From Octopus sinensis (Eukaryota), in NCBI RefSeq assembly GCF_006345805.1, contig NC_042998.1:40300001-40364000 (forward strand): DNA of 64,000 nt, given 5' to 3'. The notes beneath the pieces are model-generated. The model saw only the letters and a list, made by a program, of their open reading frames with translations. It did not search any database and was not told the origin of the DNA. Shown in pieces: positions 51,731-64,000 of this stretch. The translations under genes and the position numbers were made by a program. How positions within the stretch are numbered: the stretch's first letter is position 1; each line of letters opens with the position of its first letter.

Positions 51731-53869
51731 CACACATATATATATATATTACACACTTTATTTAAAAGCAGCAGAAATATAACAACAGCTTTTGTTATAT
51801 TTCTGCTGCTTTTAAATAAAGAATATTACTCTACCTCTGGTATTTGAGTACTCTTTTTTCCACCTTGTTTTACATTTATGTGCTTACTCTGGTATATATA
51901 TATGCACAAGCCAAAGTGGGAACCTCTAAGCAGTTGCAGAGCCTACAAAACAGTCTCAATTTTTTCACCACAAATAACTTTAAAATCTACCTCAAATCAC
52001 ATGCTAAAAGGATTTAATGGATATTATCGTTCTAGATACATTACATCAGGAACATCACACCGAAACAGTTTTTATCATAGATCTGTTGGATCAGGACTAA
52101 CCCAGATTAAACAACATATAAATGTGGGAGGAAAGTTAAGCTCCGAGTAATAAACAAATTCATAGATACACAGTGTCATCATGAAAATAATATTTATTTT
52201 GGTAAAATTGCTACACAATATTTCTATTTGGTCTTTTCACATGCATATTATTAACTGCAAAAGATACTGTTATTAAATTGTGTAGGTGTGCGTGACATTA
52301 GCACAGCTGTTGTGCGTGATTATGTATGCTGATACAAGAGCATGCCTACAGATTACTGCTTATGTGCATACATATAAAAAATATCTGTACACAGAAAAAA
52401 AAAAACTAAATGTGCATTAGCCCGGAAAAGAAAATATGTACATGTCTTAGAGAACAGTTGTTCATGGGTGAATAGAGGTGTATGCATAAAACAGTGTGTT
52501 CATGCATATGCATAGGAGTATGTAACTAGTCATATGCAGGCTAGGGTATCTTTGTATGTATGTGCAAAGAAATATGAATATATGTGCGTGTTTGCGTCTC
52601 AGAAGCTGTCATATGAATTTGTGCATTTTATTGTGTCCAGGCATGCGCGCACACATATGAGTGTGTGTGTGTGTGCGCGTGTGTGTGAGAGCATATGCAT
52701 TTGTATATGTTTGCATCAGTGTTCTAATTATGCTTTTATGTAATACTGAAGAAACTAATACCAATCAGTTTATGATTGAATACACTATCTAAAACTGGCC
52801 ACTCTAAGACTGAAAGGAGGTTTGGTTTGTTTCCAGTATGAAATTATCTTGACAGATGCCATCCAACAGAGATTCAGTGCATCAGATTTCATTTCTGATG
52901 CGGTTTAATTTTAGTTAGAAGAGGCTAAACCCCACCCATTTGTTTATCTGTATTTATGGTCATTAGAAACTTGAGAATAGCTATTGATTTTCATTTGCTT
53001 GAAAACTTACATTTACAGAAGAGAATTAGTTTTCATGCGAATACTGCAAGTAAAACTGCATGGAAACACAAATAAATAAAAACTGTAACCAATGATTCAA
53101 AGATAAACAAACAAAGCTGTTCGTGTCTCCCACACTTTCTCTCTTATCCCATCACAAATAAAAAAAAAAGCTTCTTTTGTGTCTAGAAAAAAAAAAGATA
53201 ACAATAATTCAGATATTAGAATGGCAAAAAAAAAAATAGAGATAAAACTCAAAATTACTATTTATTTCTCTTGTGTATGAATATTGTTAATATATTAAAA
53301 ACTGCCGATATTCCTACCCAATACACTCTGTAGACTAAACTTTTGAAACAGCAGCATCCAGAATAATGAAAACTCAAGCTAATGGTACTTTTAAAAATTG
53401 TTATAGTAAAAGAAAACTGTCAGGCACCTGCTGCTGTCATTTATAAAATGAATACCAGGCAGATAACAAGTGAAGCCTGTAGTACTGTATTTTAAACAAT
53501 TTATTCTTTGTTATACATACCATTGCAGTGGTTAAAGTTATTGAGAACAAGAAACAAAGGTGAACAACATTAAAATTTAGTGACAAACTAAATATTAAGA
53601 AAATGAAATGAAGCTTAACAAAAGTGTGCTGTTAATAATTTAACATTGGATTGCTAACTATACAACATTAAGAACACAAACTTTAAGATTTGACAGCATG
53701 TTCTTAAACAGCAAATTGGAAAAGTCTGCATACGAAAATTTAGATAAAATATTGCACATAGGATTTTTTAATTGAAATTTTCAGATACTGGGGCCTATGA
53801 TTTTAGGAAAGCAAAATATTTTTACAGAAAAAAAAAACAAGATTTGGGGATCATAAAAATGTCAAAGAA

Positions 53870-54650
53870 TAAGAAAAATTTGTCAAAAAATAATCAGCAT
53901 ACTTTGAAGCAGCTTATGTATATAGTGAGGCTTTTGACGAACTTGTCAAAGAACATAATTTTACAACTTATTGATTATATAATGCTAATAGAACTAGTAG
54001 TTGCTATAAATATTTACCAATGAAAACATTGGCAAGTTCTCATCAAGAAATGAGTCTTTAGTTTCAGATTATGAAAGTATTTTTTAATGTCCATCACCCA
54101 ATGTTACCTTCTATACACTCAATAGACTAAAGAATCAACAATGAAGTTTCTATGCTTAAATTTCAATGCTAATTTACAATTAAGATTACATTATTTTCAC
54201 TTGCTGTGGCTTGGATTTCTACTGAGCCTCTCTTTTCAGAGCATAGTGATAGTTTGTCCTGTTTTCATATTTAAGTGTCCGATGCAGATGAAGACGATTT
54301 TGGTGGTTTTAATGTTTAACTGAACACAAAAGAAATAATGCAGAGAGTTCAGACATCAATAGAAAATCCATTACATAATCTCAAAGATATTGATTGGAAT
54401 GCGGTTGATAATGATATTAAATCAAACTTGTATGAACTGGAAGATTATTGACCGTATGGTTAATCCTCAAAATCAAGATGTAGCAATTTTTCCCAGTGAA
54501 GTTAATGCTCAATTGCACATGGATACAATTCTTTCCTATTCTGAAGAGAATCAGTTTTTTTGTGCCAGAGTTTCTTGAATTTTTTATACTTATGAAACTC
54601 CTTAGACCGGGATAATTTTCAGAACACCAAATTTATTTGAAAGGAGGAGG
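53870..54650 (+). pseudogene. Possible fossil pogo/Tigger-like transposase C-terminal region
   Basis: Broken frames: LQLIDY..., LAVAWIS..., SDADEDDFGGF, DWNAVDND, IIDRMVN, DTILSYSEENQF, reminiscent of Tigger/TIGD acidic tails. Heavily decayed. Confidence 0.4.
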
Positions 54651-54699
54651 AGGTTAAAAAGCAGAGTCATGCTGCAAAGGAGCATTAAAATAACATTGT

Positions 54700-56560
54700 G
54701 TTAGTAAAACTTAGTTACTTTTCTCACTTTAGTGGTTTGAAAAATTCAACTTCAATAATTAAAACATTAATGGTTAGTTACTTGGATGAATCTACTTCTG
54801 GTCATAGAAATACTTGTAAATATGGATGTTATTTCTAGTGGTGAGTTAGCTTCTATACTCAACCTTTGTTGTTTCCTTTGTTACTGAATAAAGTGTAAAA
54901 GTTCTTTCACATAAATACGTAGTTAGAAATCACATTAACACCTTTAGTTTTAGGATTCATAGCAGGCTGATAATGCAATCTCAAATTTTATCAGTTTCTT
55001 TTGGCATTTTGATTTTAAAATAAAATCTGTTGCAATGTCTATTTGCTGTTCCTTTTCTTCCAATGAAATATTGCTCGAGTTTAATGAGTCTACACATGGG
55101 TTTTCAGTTTCAACAAGAATTTACTGTCATTAATTTACACATCTCAGACAAATGTTGCAAAATTAAGATTTTGGATCTTGACTTAATTTTACTATCAAAA
55201 TTTCTCTAAGGATTTCAAAATACTCAACATCATTCTTACGTATAGAGACAACCTTGAATTTTAGGTAACACTTAAATACATTCAGTTGAAGCAAGTTATT
55301 CTGAATCCCTGCATTGGTTAACTAAGTGAATATATTAGAAAGACGTACGGCTTTTCCCCTATTTAAACCCGATCCTTTAATTTGGTTAAAAATTCAAAAG
55401 AATATTCAGAGAGAAATAATCCAAGTTCTTCATGCAATTCAAAAAGTCATGCCATTTGAATATACAGCACTCTCATATTGAAGATTTATAGCATCTAATA
55501 GTCTTGATTTAATAAAATTAATGAGTTAGTTTTGCAGTATTATTTACTACTAATTTCAGATCTTGTGGCTTAAATTTCTTTGCTAGTGTTTGATAATGAA
55601 GGCAATAGTGAATGCTTTTAACTTTCTGATTTATATATTTTTTCATTTTTTGCCATATTTCCCCAACCAAAGCTGTAGTTTCGCCAGGCAAAATACTTGA
55701 ATAAAGTTTCCATGAAATGTCATTTTTTTTTTTTTTCATTATTAGATTAAATATTGCTTCTTCTGTAACTTGACTTTCCAAAGGTTTGCAGGTAAACCCT
55801 TTTTTCTTTTACCATATTTCTGGAGAAATGCATTGCTTATGTTTCAATTAATTTTGAAAATATAGAAGAATTTTGTAAAATAACTCATTATTAATTTGGT
55901 ATTTGGAACATAAATTAACATGAAATTCTGAAGGAAAATCTTAATTTAGATCACTTTAAAACAAGAAAATTTTATCATGAAACCAGTAGCAGTGTCAAGC
56001 AGGTGGGTATCAAAAGGGTTAGTAAGTCTTTTTAAATACTACCTTTATAAACATAGCATGCAAACACACAGCCAGCAATGTCTGTTTACTCATCCATTTA
56101 AGAAGACAATGTTGAACTCATTTTAATCTTATTAGCTTTGTTTCATATTTCATGAATATGCCTTGAAACTGGGTCATTAGAAAGTGATATATTATAAAAA
56201 CCTTTACGCATGCAATCCACCAAATCTTTTGTATGGAAAACCAAGTTTTCTGTAAGTGTATGTACTTCATCAGTTTTTACCAGCTGATAACCAATGCAAT
56301 ATAAAGCAAGTAAGACATTTTCTATGTTTTTGATTTGTCAAAAATGTAGCTTTCTTAGATTCAATTCCAAACACTTTCTCTTAAAATATCCTTCACTTGA
56401 ATTTTAAAAATTGGAAGTAAACCTCATTAGATTGAATGTTTAGTTGAATTTGGGCTGCTATTATTTAAGACCTGTCCACACACAATACAGTCCAGTTTTA
56501 TCACATTTTCTTTTCACATTTTTATTTTGTTCATCTTATTCTGATGTTGCTTTTTGTAGA
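54700..56560 (-). pseudogene. Fossil hAT transposase (Buster/ZBED5/Charlie-like)
   Basis: Interrupted frames: HTLTENLVF, SLSNDPVSRHI, MDE*TDI, HYCLHYQTLAKK..PQDLKLVVN, GLNRGKAV, YLCERTF, collinear with Buster-type transposases. Confidence 0.75.
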
Positions 56561-57553
56561 TAAACTTTTAACAGGCTCAAACTGAATAAACATTTATTCA
56601 CATTGTTAGAATTTCTGATTATTAGCATTATAAAAATACAATATGATAAATCATCTTTAATCATTTATCCATTAAAGACATAGAATGTAATTTTTTTCAT
56701 TGAAGAAAATATTTTTATTTTCATTATGCATGCATTAGAAAAGTCACTAAACTATTTCATACCAACAATGTGCACTATTTTTAGCAACCAGTTCATATAT
56801 ATTGTAGCCTAAATTGAAAGCGATTGGAAATTATCGGGTAATATTAGATGAGTTGCCAAATTTCACTAGTTCAGTAGACTATATCCATAATTAACATTTT
56901 TATACGAAAACCACTTATTATTCAAGCAGGAGTTACACTGAAAATTCTGCATCAATTTGCATTAAGTCTTTGCTCTGCCCTCGGAAGTCTATACCAATGA
57001 CTGCATTGCTTTCCTCCACCTGCATATGTGATCATGTATATGTGTGTGGTAACTCACTAATTGCAGGATGAGTGTAAAACATTGGATATGGTGGATGTGG
57101 GAAAGAGAGAGAGAGAGAGGTGAGAGTTGCTGGATGAAAAAACACATGTCCTTTGCTTGCATATATTGTATTTGTGTATGTATTGTTTTAAAAGCAGTAT
57201 TTATATATCTTTATGTATATAACATTGTTACAGCATTACCCTGATTTTAAATATCTACTTTTCTGTGTTGGCATGAGTTGGATGGTTCCTCATGGTCCAA
57301 ATCAGTTCCTGTTGAGAATGACTGCATTCCTTGAGGAAACAGAGACTACATCTTATTTATGCATTTCATTTTTAGCCTAACCGCTTTACAGAATGTATTG
57401 AGTGTATGTTACAATTGCACCAGTACTAAAAAGGACTTATTCACATTAAGACTGAAGATTACTTTCTACATTATCACTGTCTGCCTATTCTGTAACCAGA
57501 AGTTTAGTCATAGACTTAACCCTACTGGTCAGGAACTAAGCAATACCATTTTA

Positions 57554-57586
<33 letters not shown>

Positions 57587-57873
57587 GTTCAGTTCCATTA
57601 TGGTAAGATCAACAAAAAAAGGTGCTCCATTCAGTGAGAGATAAATATCATTTTATGAAAGTGATCAGAGCCTGAAGATTGCTTGGAGACACAAGGTATG
57701 TCATATAAACCTGCCTAGTGGCATTATGCCTGCCTGTATGTTCTCAGTTTAAATGTCGCTGAGGTCAACTTTATCTTTCATCCTTTTGAGGTCAATGAAA
57801 TAAGTACCAGTTGAATACTAGGGTCAATGTAATCAACTTACCCCTATGCCAAATTGCTAGCCTTATTATTATT

Positions 57874-58098
57874 GGCAAGCTGGCAGAATCATTACTGTGC
57901 CCGAAAAAAATGCTTAGCAGCATTTCTATTGACTCTTAACATCTTGAGTTCAAATTCTACCAGAGTTGACTTTGCTTTTCATCCTTTTGGAGTCAATAAA
58001 TTAAATACCAGTTGAGTACTGGGGTTGATGTAATCAACTATCCCCCTCCCCCAAATTTGTGCCTACAGTAGAAAGGATTATTATTATTATTATTATTA
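57874..58098 (+). mobile_element. Nin/Deu-domain SINE
   Basis: GGCAAGCTGGCAGAATCATT...GAGTTCAAATTC...TTTTCATCCTTTTGGAGTCAATAAATTAAATACCAG...(TTA)n; a partial copy lies at ~57740-57850. Confidence 0.7.
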
Positions 58099-59129
58099 TA
58101 CAACTGGTTAGGGTATACTATATATGCACAAATGGAATCTATACTATTACTCAAAACATTTTAGGGATGCTTTGGTACAAGCAAAGACATTTCAAATGCA
58201 GATCACTATAATGTTAGACATTTTTGGTCAAGAATGTATTATTCGGTCAAGAATTGTATTATTTTAAAAATGAAAGAGAAAAAGAAGAAAAAGCATAGTT
58301 TAATTATATATTATGGAAAAAAAAAATAACAAAAATACATCAGATACTTTTGCATATGCATAAATAAACTCTTGGCCTTCGACCAAGTCTCGTGCTTTTG
58401 AGCTTTGATTAATTAGGAAAACACATGATCATGTCTCCTTATATTGTTTACTGTAGTTCTGCGTTCATTTTAATGGAAACCAGTAGGGCAACATACTATA
58501 CATCTAAAACATATTCTGAATAGTAAAATGAGCCGATCATACCTTGCAATATAAATTATCACAATACAAATTTAATAAAATTCATTTGTTGCCTAGGGAA
58601 ACGTACGTGTCTTTTTCACATTTGTATTATTGAAGCTGACTGGAATGTTCTTATAAAGCGTGACCTGAGAGTTCTGCATAGCATATGTTCAGCAACTCTG
58701 GCATGACATTTATTGTATTTGACAACTCTGGTATTGTTGTATTTATAAGCTACCAAATCAAACCAAACTGCAGAGGAAATTATTTCCAAAGATAATTCAA
58801 CCATTTAAAAAGAAAAAAGAAAAACCTATTTTGCATTAATATATACAAAATTTTAGGTATGAAATCTATGGAAAATTTTAAATATATTAAATGCAAAGCA
58901 GTGTCATTTTTATATTTTCATAATTTATTTTAATATCAGTTTGTTGTTGTTGGTCCTTGTAATAAATTGTCTTTGTGCCCAGAATTGTTGACTCTTAGCA
59001 ACATAGTAAGAAATTGCAATAGTAATGGAATTTTATATTTTTATCAATCTCAAATCTTGTCATTCATAACTCCATGGTAAACCTTGTTTTTATTGCTTAT
59101 TCTGATTAAATTATTGATTACAATGTTTT

Positions 59130-59490
59130 ATCTCTTTAACTTGTTTTAGTCATTGAACTGTAGCCATGCTGGAGCACCACCTTGAAGGGTTTTAGTCAAA
59201 TAGATTGATCCCAATACTTACTCTATTGGTTTCCTTTGCTGAACTGCTAAGATACAGGGATGTGAACAAACCATTACCAGTTGCCAAGCAATGGGATAGG
59301 GAAAATAAAAACAAAGAGACACACACAAACATAAATGTACATTCATGATGGGCCTCCACATTGGTTCTGTCTAGTAAGTGACTCACAAGGCATTGGTCAA
59401 CCAAGGGCTATAGTAGAAGACACTAGGTGAAGGTACAGTGCACTGAGACTGAATTCAAAAGCTTGTGGTTGCAAAGTGATTCATGTCTGT
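59130..59490 (-). mobile_element. CORE-type tRNA SINE
   Basis: Same head and tail as 30317-30708, more diverged. Confidence 0.7.
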
Positions 59491-61809
59491 GCCTATACAA
59501 CCATTTTTTAATAAACAATGTTTTATTACAATTATCTGTGTCGATCTTTCAAAACAATCGTTTATTTCCCTAAAAGTCAGAGAACTAGTAATAGCTGATG
59601 CAGAACTCAGCATGAGAAACCCTGTTCTATGCAAGAACTAATACAGGAGTATTTACTAAGAACTCAATGATCTTATCAAAACAGAAGTCAACAAAGCAAA
59701 ACAACAATAAGAAATTTTTAAAGAAATTCATTGATGAAAAGTTAGCCATAGATAAAACACTGGAGAATTTGAAATAATTTTATATATATTTTTTAATGTT
59801 AAAATGTTTTTCTTCTAATTAAAAATGTTCATTTATCTTTCAAATTCTTATTTTCTGACAACAGTTGCCTTATAAATAAACATGATGTAAGATCTAATTT
59901 ATTTTTTGTCATATTTTGACAATATATCTCTATACAGACATTTCATACCTACAATGCAGTGGGGCTGGCATGGGACCACCAGTGATGGAGAGCACTGGTG
60001 GACCTGGTTGATTTTATGCATGACAATGTCTCTGGGACCACTAACTTGGGATGACCCTGGCCTCATCAAGCAAGAGCATGAGGCAAGAAGCATTCTACAT
60101 CCAAAAGTACTTTATTTTCCGGCAAATGGGTCAAATTTTTCATACCAAAATTTACACCCGAAAAATAAGTTAACATATATACCAAGACAACTTCTGAGGA
60201 CCAAAAGTTCCAAGTAAAATGCAGCAGGATTTGGAAAGATAGTGGTGATGTTTGAATATCCATACCACATTGACTTGTATGATGAAAAATGCAGTATTTT
60301 TGTTTTTGTTTTTCCATGTTTTGAAAATGCATCTTTAATCCTTTTCATTCCAAACTGTCCAAGGCAACCACTGGTTCTATGATACAAACTTGCTTTTTTT
60401 TTTAAAGTGATCTAAAAACCTTCCAAACTTTCCACGTTTGTTTAGGTTCCAAACATCAGCTTAACAATGACAAAATTATTTTCCTAACAGGCAGTGAGTT
60501 TCAATAGAAATATGGTAACAAGAGGATTAATTTTAAAATGCCCCACTTCCAATTATTTCACACTTAAAATTTGTATTCATTAGACTATATTTCTATTTCT
60601 TATTTACTGTTAAAAAAACCCAAAAAACTCAGATAGCAGAAAATTCTTAAGTGTCCCAAATCTCCAGGGATTTTGTTATTTGAGTATTTTACTGCACCAA
60701 ATCAGAAGAAAACAACACACACATTCCTTAAGGTGGAGGAATGGTTTTCTTTCTCTAGTACATGGAAAATGAAAATAAAATACACATCTACTACCTTTTT
60801 TTGCCTTTCCTCTATTAAATCAATTGGAACTAAGAATATTTCTATCCTTAGAAGAATTATTTGAATTTAGTTTCCAAACCTTCTAAATTGAATTGAAATC
60901 TTTTGAAAAGTGCCAATTACAACATAATGAACGAAATAAATGTAATCAAATAACAAAAAGAAAATGTTAAAAATAGCAATTTTGGCACTTTCTTTTCAAA
61001 TGAGAAGTTAAACGAATCTTAGCCTAATAGGTTTGTGGAGAAAATCCAAATTTTACAATCAGTAATTCTACATTCTCCACCCACTGTACACACACACACT
61101 CACACACAGACATGTATATATATAGACATACACACACATATAGATATATAGACACACACATATATAGAGAGACACACACACATGAATATATAGACACAAA
61201 CACGTGTGTGTATGTTCTTAAAGATTAATGTTTTTAAATGCATAAAAACAACGAATAAACACATATAAAGTTTAAAATTTATAAATTTTCATGATTGAAG
61301 ATTCACTGGTAGTGGACACGCATGAATGCATGCGTGTGTGTCTGTGTGCCATTCATTTGTACACCAGTTTTTCCACACTAGATGAATATATTATTGAGCA
61401 TTGTTTTACAGCTGGACGCCCTTCCAGATGCTAACACTCACTTGTTTTTCAAATAAAGGATGTCTTTTTCCATACATTTTCAAAAGTACAAAGCTAGTAG
61501 ATGGTGGGGAAATGATAACAATGTCACTGCTTGCAATTTTCAGAGAAATGCAAGCATAAACAAACACACACATGTATATATACTCACACACACACACACA
61601 CACACACATGCATAATGGGCTTATTTCACTTTCTGCCCACTGAAACCATATGCAAAGCCTTGTTTCATCTGGAGCTACAGTAGAAGACACTTGCCCAAGG
61701 TGGAATACAATAGGATTGAACCTAAAGCCATATGATTGGGAAATGAAATTTTTAACCGCATCACCATGCCAATGTGTGTATGTGTGTATAGATATTATAT
61801 ATATATAAA

Positions 61810-62050
61810 TCATCATCATCATCCTGTAATGTCTCTTTTCCATGCTGGCATGGGTTGGACAGCGATCAGAGCTAGCAACCTGGGAAGCTGCACCAGGTTC
61901 CAGTCTGATTTGCCTTGGTTGCTATGGCTGGATGTCCTTCCTAGCACCAACCACTTTAGAGTGGGTGCTGGGTGTGTCTATCAATCCACTGACATGTGTG
62001 CCTCTATGAGTGGCACCAGCATGAGTGCTTTTTATGTGGCACTGCGCAAG
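61810..62050 (-). mobile_element. RTE LINE 3' tail fragment
   Basis: (CAT)n...CCATGCTGGCATGGGTTGGAC...GGCTGGATGTCCTTCC. Confidence 0.75.
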
Positions 62051-62145
62051 CATACTCATACATGTATATGTACACACACATGTATACACATAATACACAC
62101 ACACACAGTGTGTGTGTGTATATATCATTGCTATTGTGTTAAACT

Positions 62146-62352
62146 GTCGTAAGTCCAAATTTTGCCGAATGTGTTTTTTCCAGTATCTATTTTTACTTGC
62201 AATAGCCGGTTCTTTTGGTCAAACTATTGTATCTCCAGCTGCTTCAGAAGCCAAAATATCAAAAATTGTCAAAATGTAGTACAATGGTTTTGTTATGGAA
62301 TGGTGAAACTACTTTTTTGTTTTCAGAAAAAGCAACGTTTTGGACTTACAAC
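62146..62352. mobile_element. Possible small MITE
   Basis: Terminal inverted repeats GTCGTAAGTCCAAA / rc GTTGTAAGTCCAAA; TSD unclear. Confidence 0.4.
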
Positions 62353-62498
62353 ACTTTTGTATAATTGCAATGATATATATAATTTGAACATCCACTTTTT
62401 CATGCTTGGTAATATTTTTATCTAGTCCTTCAAGCGCAAACAGCATAACAGAGACCTGATTTTATGGAAGATGGTAACGAATCAAACTACTTGTTACA

Positions 62499-62536
<38 letters not shown>

Positions 62537-64000
62537 GCAAATAAGAAAATGGAGGAGAACAATAGGTGGTTCATCAACTTTTGGACATTAAAATGTTAAC
62601 TTTTTAATTTATTAAACTGATAATTATAATAACATACATACATATAGCATATTATTCTTTACATATAAGATATAAGATATAAAATATAGTAATATATAAG
62701 GATACCAGTAATTATTATAAAAAACATGAATATAAATTGGTAAAATAACTTACAGTTGTTTCAGCCAATAGATAAAAATACCTCATTCTACCTATATTAC
62801 TCAAGTGGATATGTGCATGCATGTACACACACACACACGTGTATACAAACATACAAGATCAAGACAAAAAGACACGGATACATACAGATGTACCTTTATA
62901 CATACACAAGAGGCATAATTTAATATCCTATTAGTTTTACTTACAAGTCTTTGTTCAACCTTAGACTATAATAGAAGATACTCGCAAAAGTGGCAGCACT
63001 GTAGGAATGAAACTTAAACCACATGGTAGAGAAGTGAACTTAACTATACAGCCATACCTAAACACAAACATACACACATGTATGTGAACTTATGTGTATA
63101 AGCATATGTATGTACGTGTATGTATATGTGTGTATATAAAAATGTGTACGTGAATGTATAGATGTATGGGTGTGTATCTATAGATGTGCGCATTTATATA
63201 TATATTTGGATGGAATATACACACATACAGACACAAAAGAGTTAGACTCAAGCACTAGATGAAAGTATTTAAATGGAAACCAAAGAAAGATTTTCATTAA
63301 ATATCCAAATGAGAGGAAATGCCAAGTATAATTTCAAAAGTTCAGATTTGACAACCACAGTTACCAATCAAAATTTTTTAATTTCATTAAAATACATAAA
63401 AAAAAAAATTTTTAAAAAGCGTATGATTTCCAACAGTCAAATGTTTATCTACATAGATAAAAGTTTTGAGTTCAAACATCATTAGTGGTGTCATTCACTT
63501 TATGCAAGTTTGTTTCTTAGAAAAGGATGGGATTTGAAGGAGACTTGGTTAGTATTACTAGCAGAACGATGTATAGGCAAGGTGCCTAGAAAAGCATATT
63601 AAAGTAGAAAAGAGAAGATAACAAATGTGGCATCATTTATTTGATGCAAGTTTCATCATCATTATTACTTTTAATGTCCACTTTTCCATGTTTGCAGGGA
63701 TTGGATGGAATTTGTTGAAGTAGATTTTCTAAGGCTGGATGTCCTTCCTGTCACCAATTCTCACTTGTTTTCAAGTATGGTAATATTTTCATATGTGTTT
63801 ACCAGATGTGTTTTCATAGAAAATTGTAAATGAAAGATACTGATTGCATGATGGTGGCACTTGTTTTACAACTATCACATGAAATCAAGGCAAATAGATA
63901 ATAACACACACACACGTACAAATATACATATGGCAGGTATATTTCAGTTTCCCCCTGGTTGGCCTGGGGCTATAGCAGAAAAAATTTGCCCAAAGTGCCA

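Noticed and set aside
58616-58804. 62-aa ORF as AGPAT exon 1 or another gene
   Set aside because: No membrane segment or homology, and it ends in a stop before any phase-2 donor.
59899-60387. Cluster of overlapping ORFs in moderately GC-rich sequence
   Set aside because: No recognisable domain; part resembles a decayed RTE terminus (LAWDHQ*WRALV). Not supportable as a gene.

Overview
Eukaryotic, very AT-rich and microsatellite-rich genomic DNA. The repeat families (tRNA/CORE/Nin-type SINEs, an RTE LINE with a (GAT)n tail, TTAA MITEs) point to a coleoid cephalopod, most likely Octopus; this is inference. Two host genes lie tail-to-tail: the last exon of a V-ATPase subunit G gene (+, 137-307) and five exons of an AGPAT1/2-type lysophosphatidic acid acyltransferase (-, 32810 down to 10665). 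The AGPAT first coding exon was not found in the window. The rest is intron/intergenic DNA filled with a mariner, a Tc1, two hAT fossils, RTE and CR1-like LINEs, SINEs, MITEs and long (TA)n/(TACA)n tracts; most ORF-track entries are repeat artefacts. Best leads: (1) a ~100-aa AGPAT C-terminal extension with an AKAP-like amphipathic helix and an LxxIxE PP2A-B56-type motif; (2) a pair of inverted Penelope-like terminal repeats carrying a type I hammerhead ribozyme fold; (3) ATP6V1G-AGPAT adjacency matching the vertebrate MHC paralogon; (4) an RTE LINE with a PHD finger in ORF2 and an expandable, hairpin-conserving 3' UTR VNTR. No database searches or folding programs were run.
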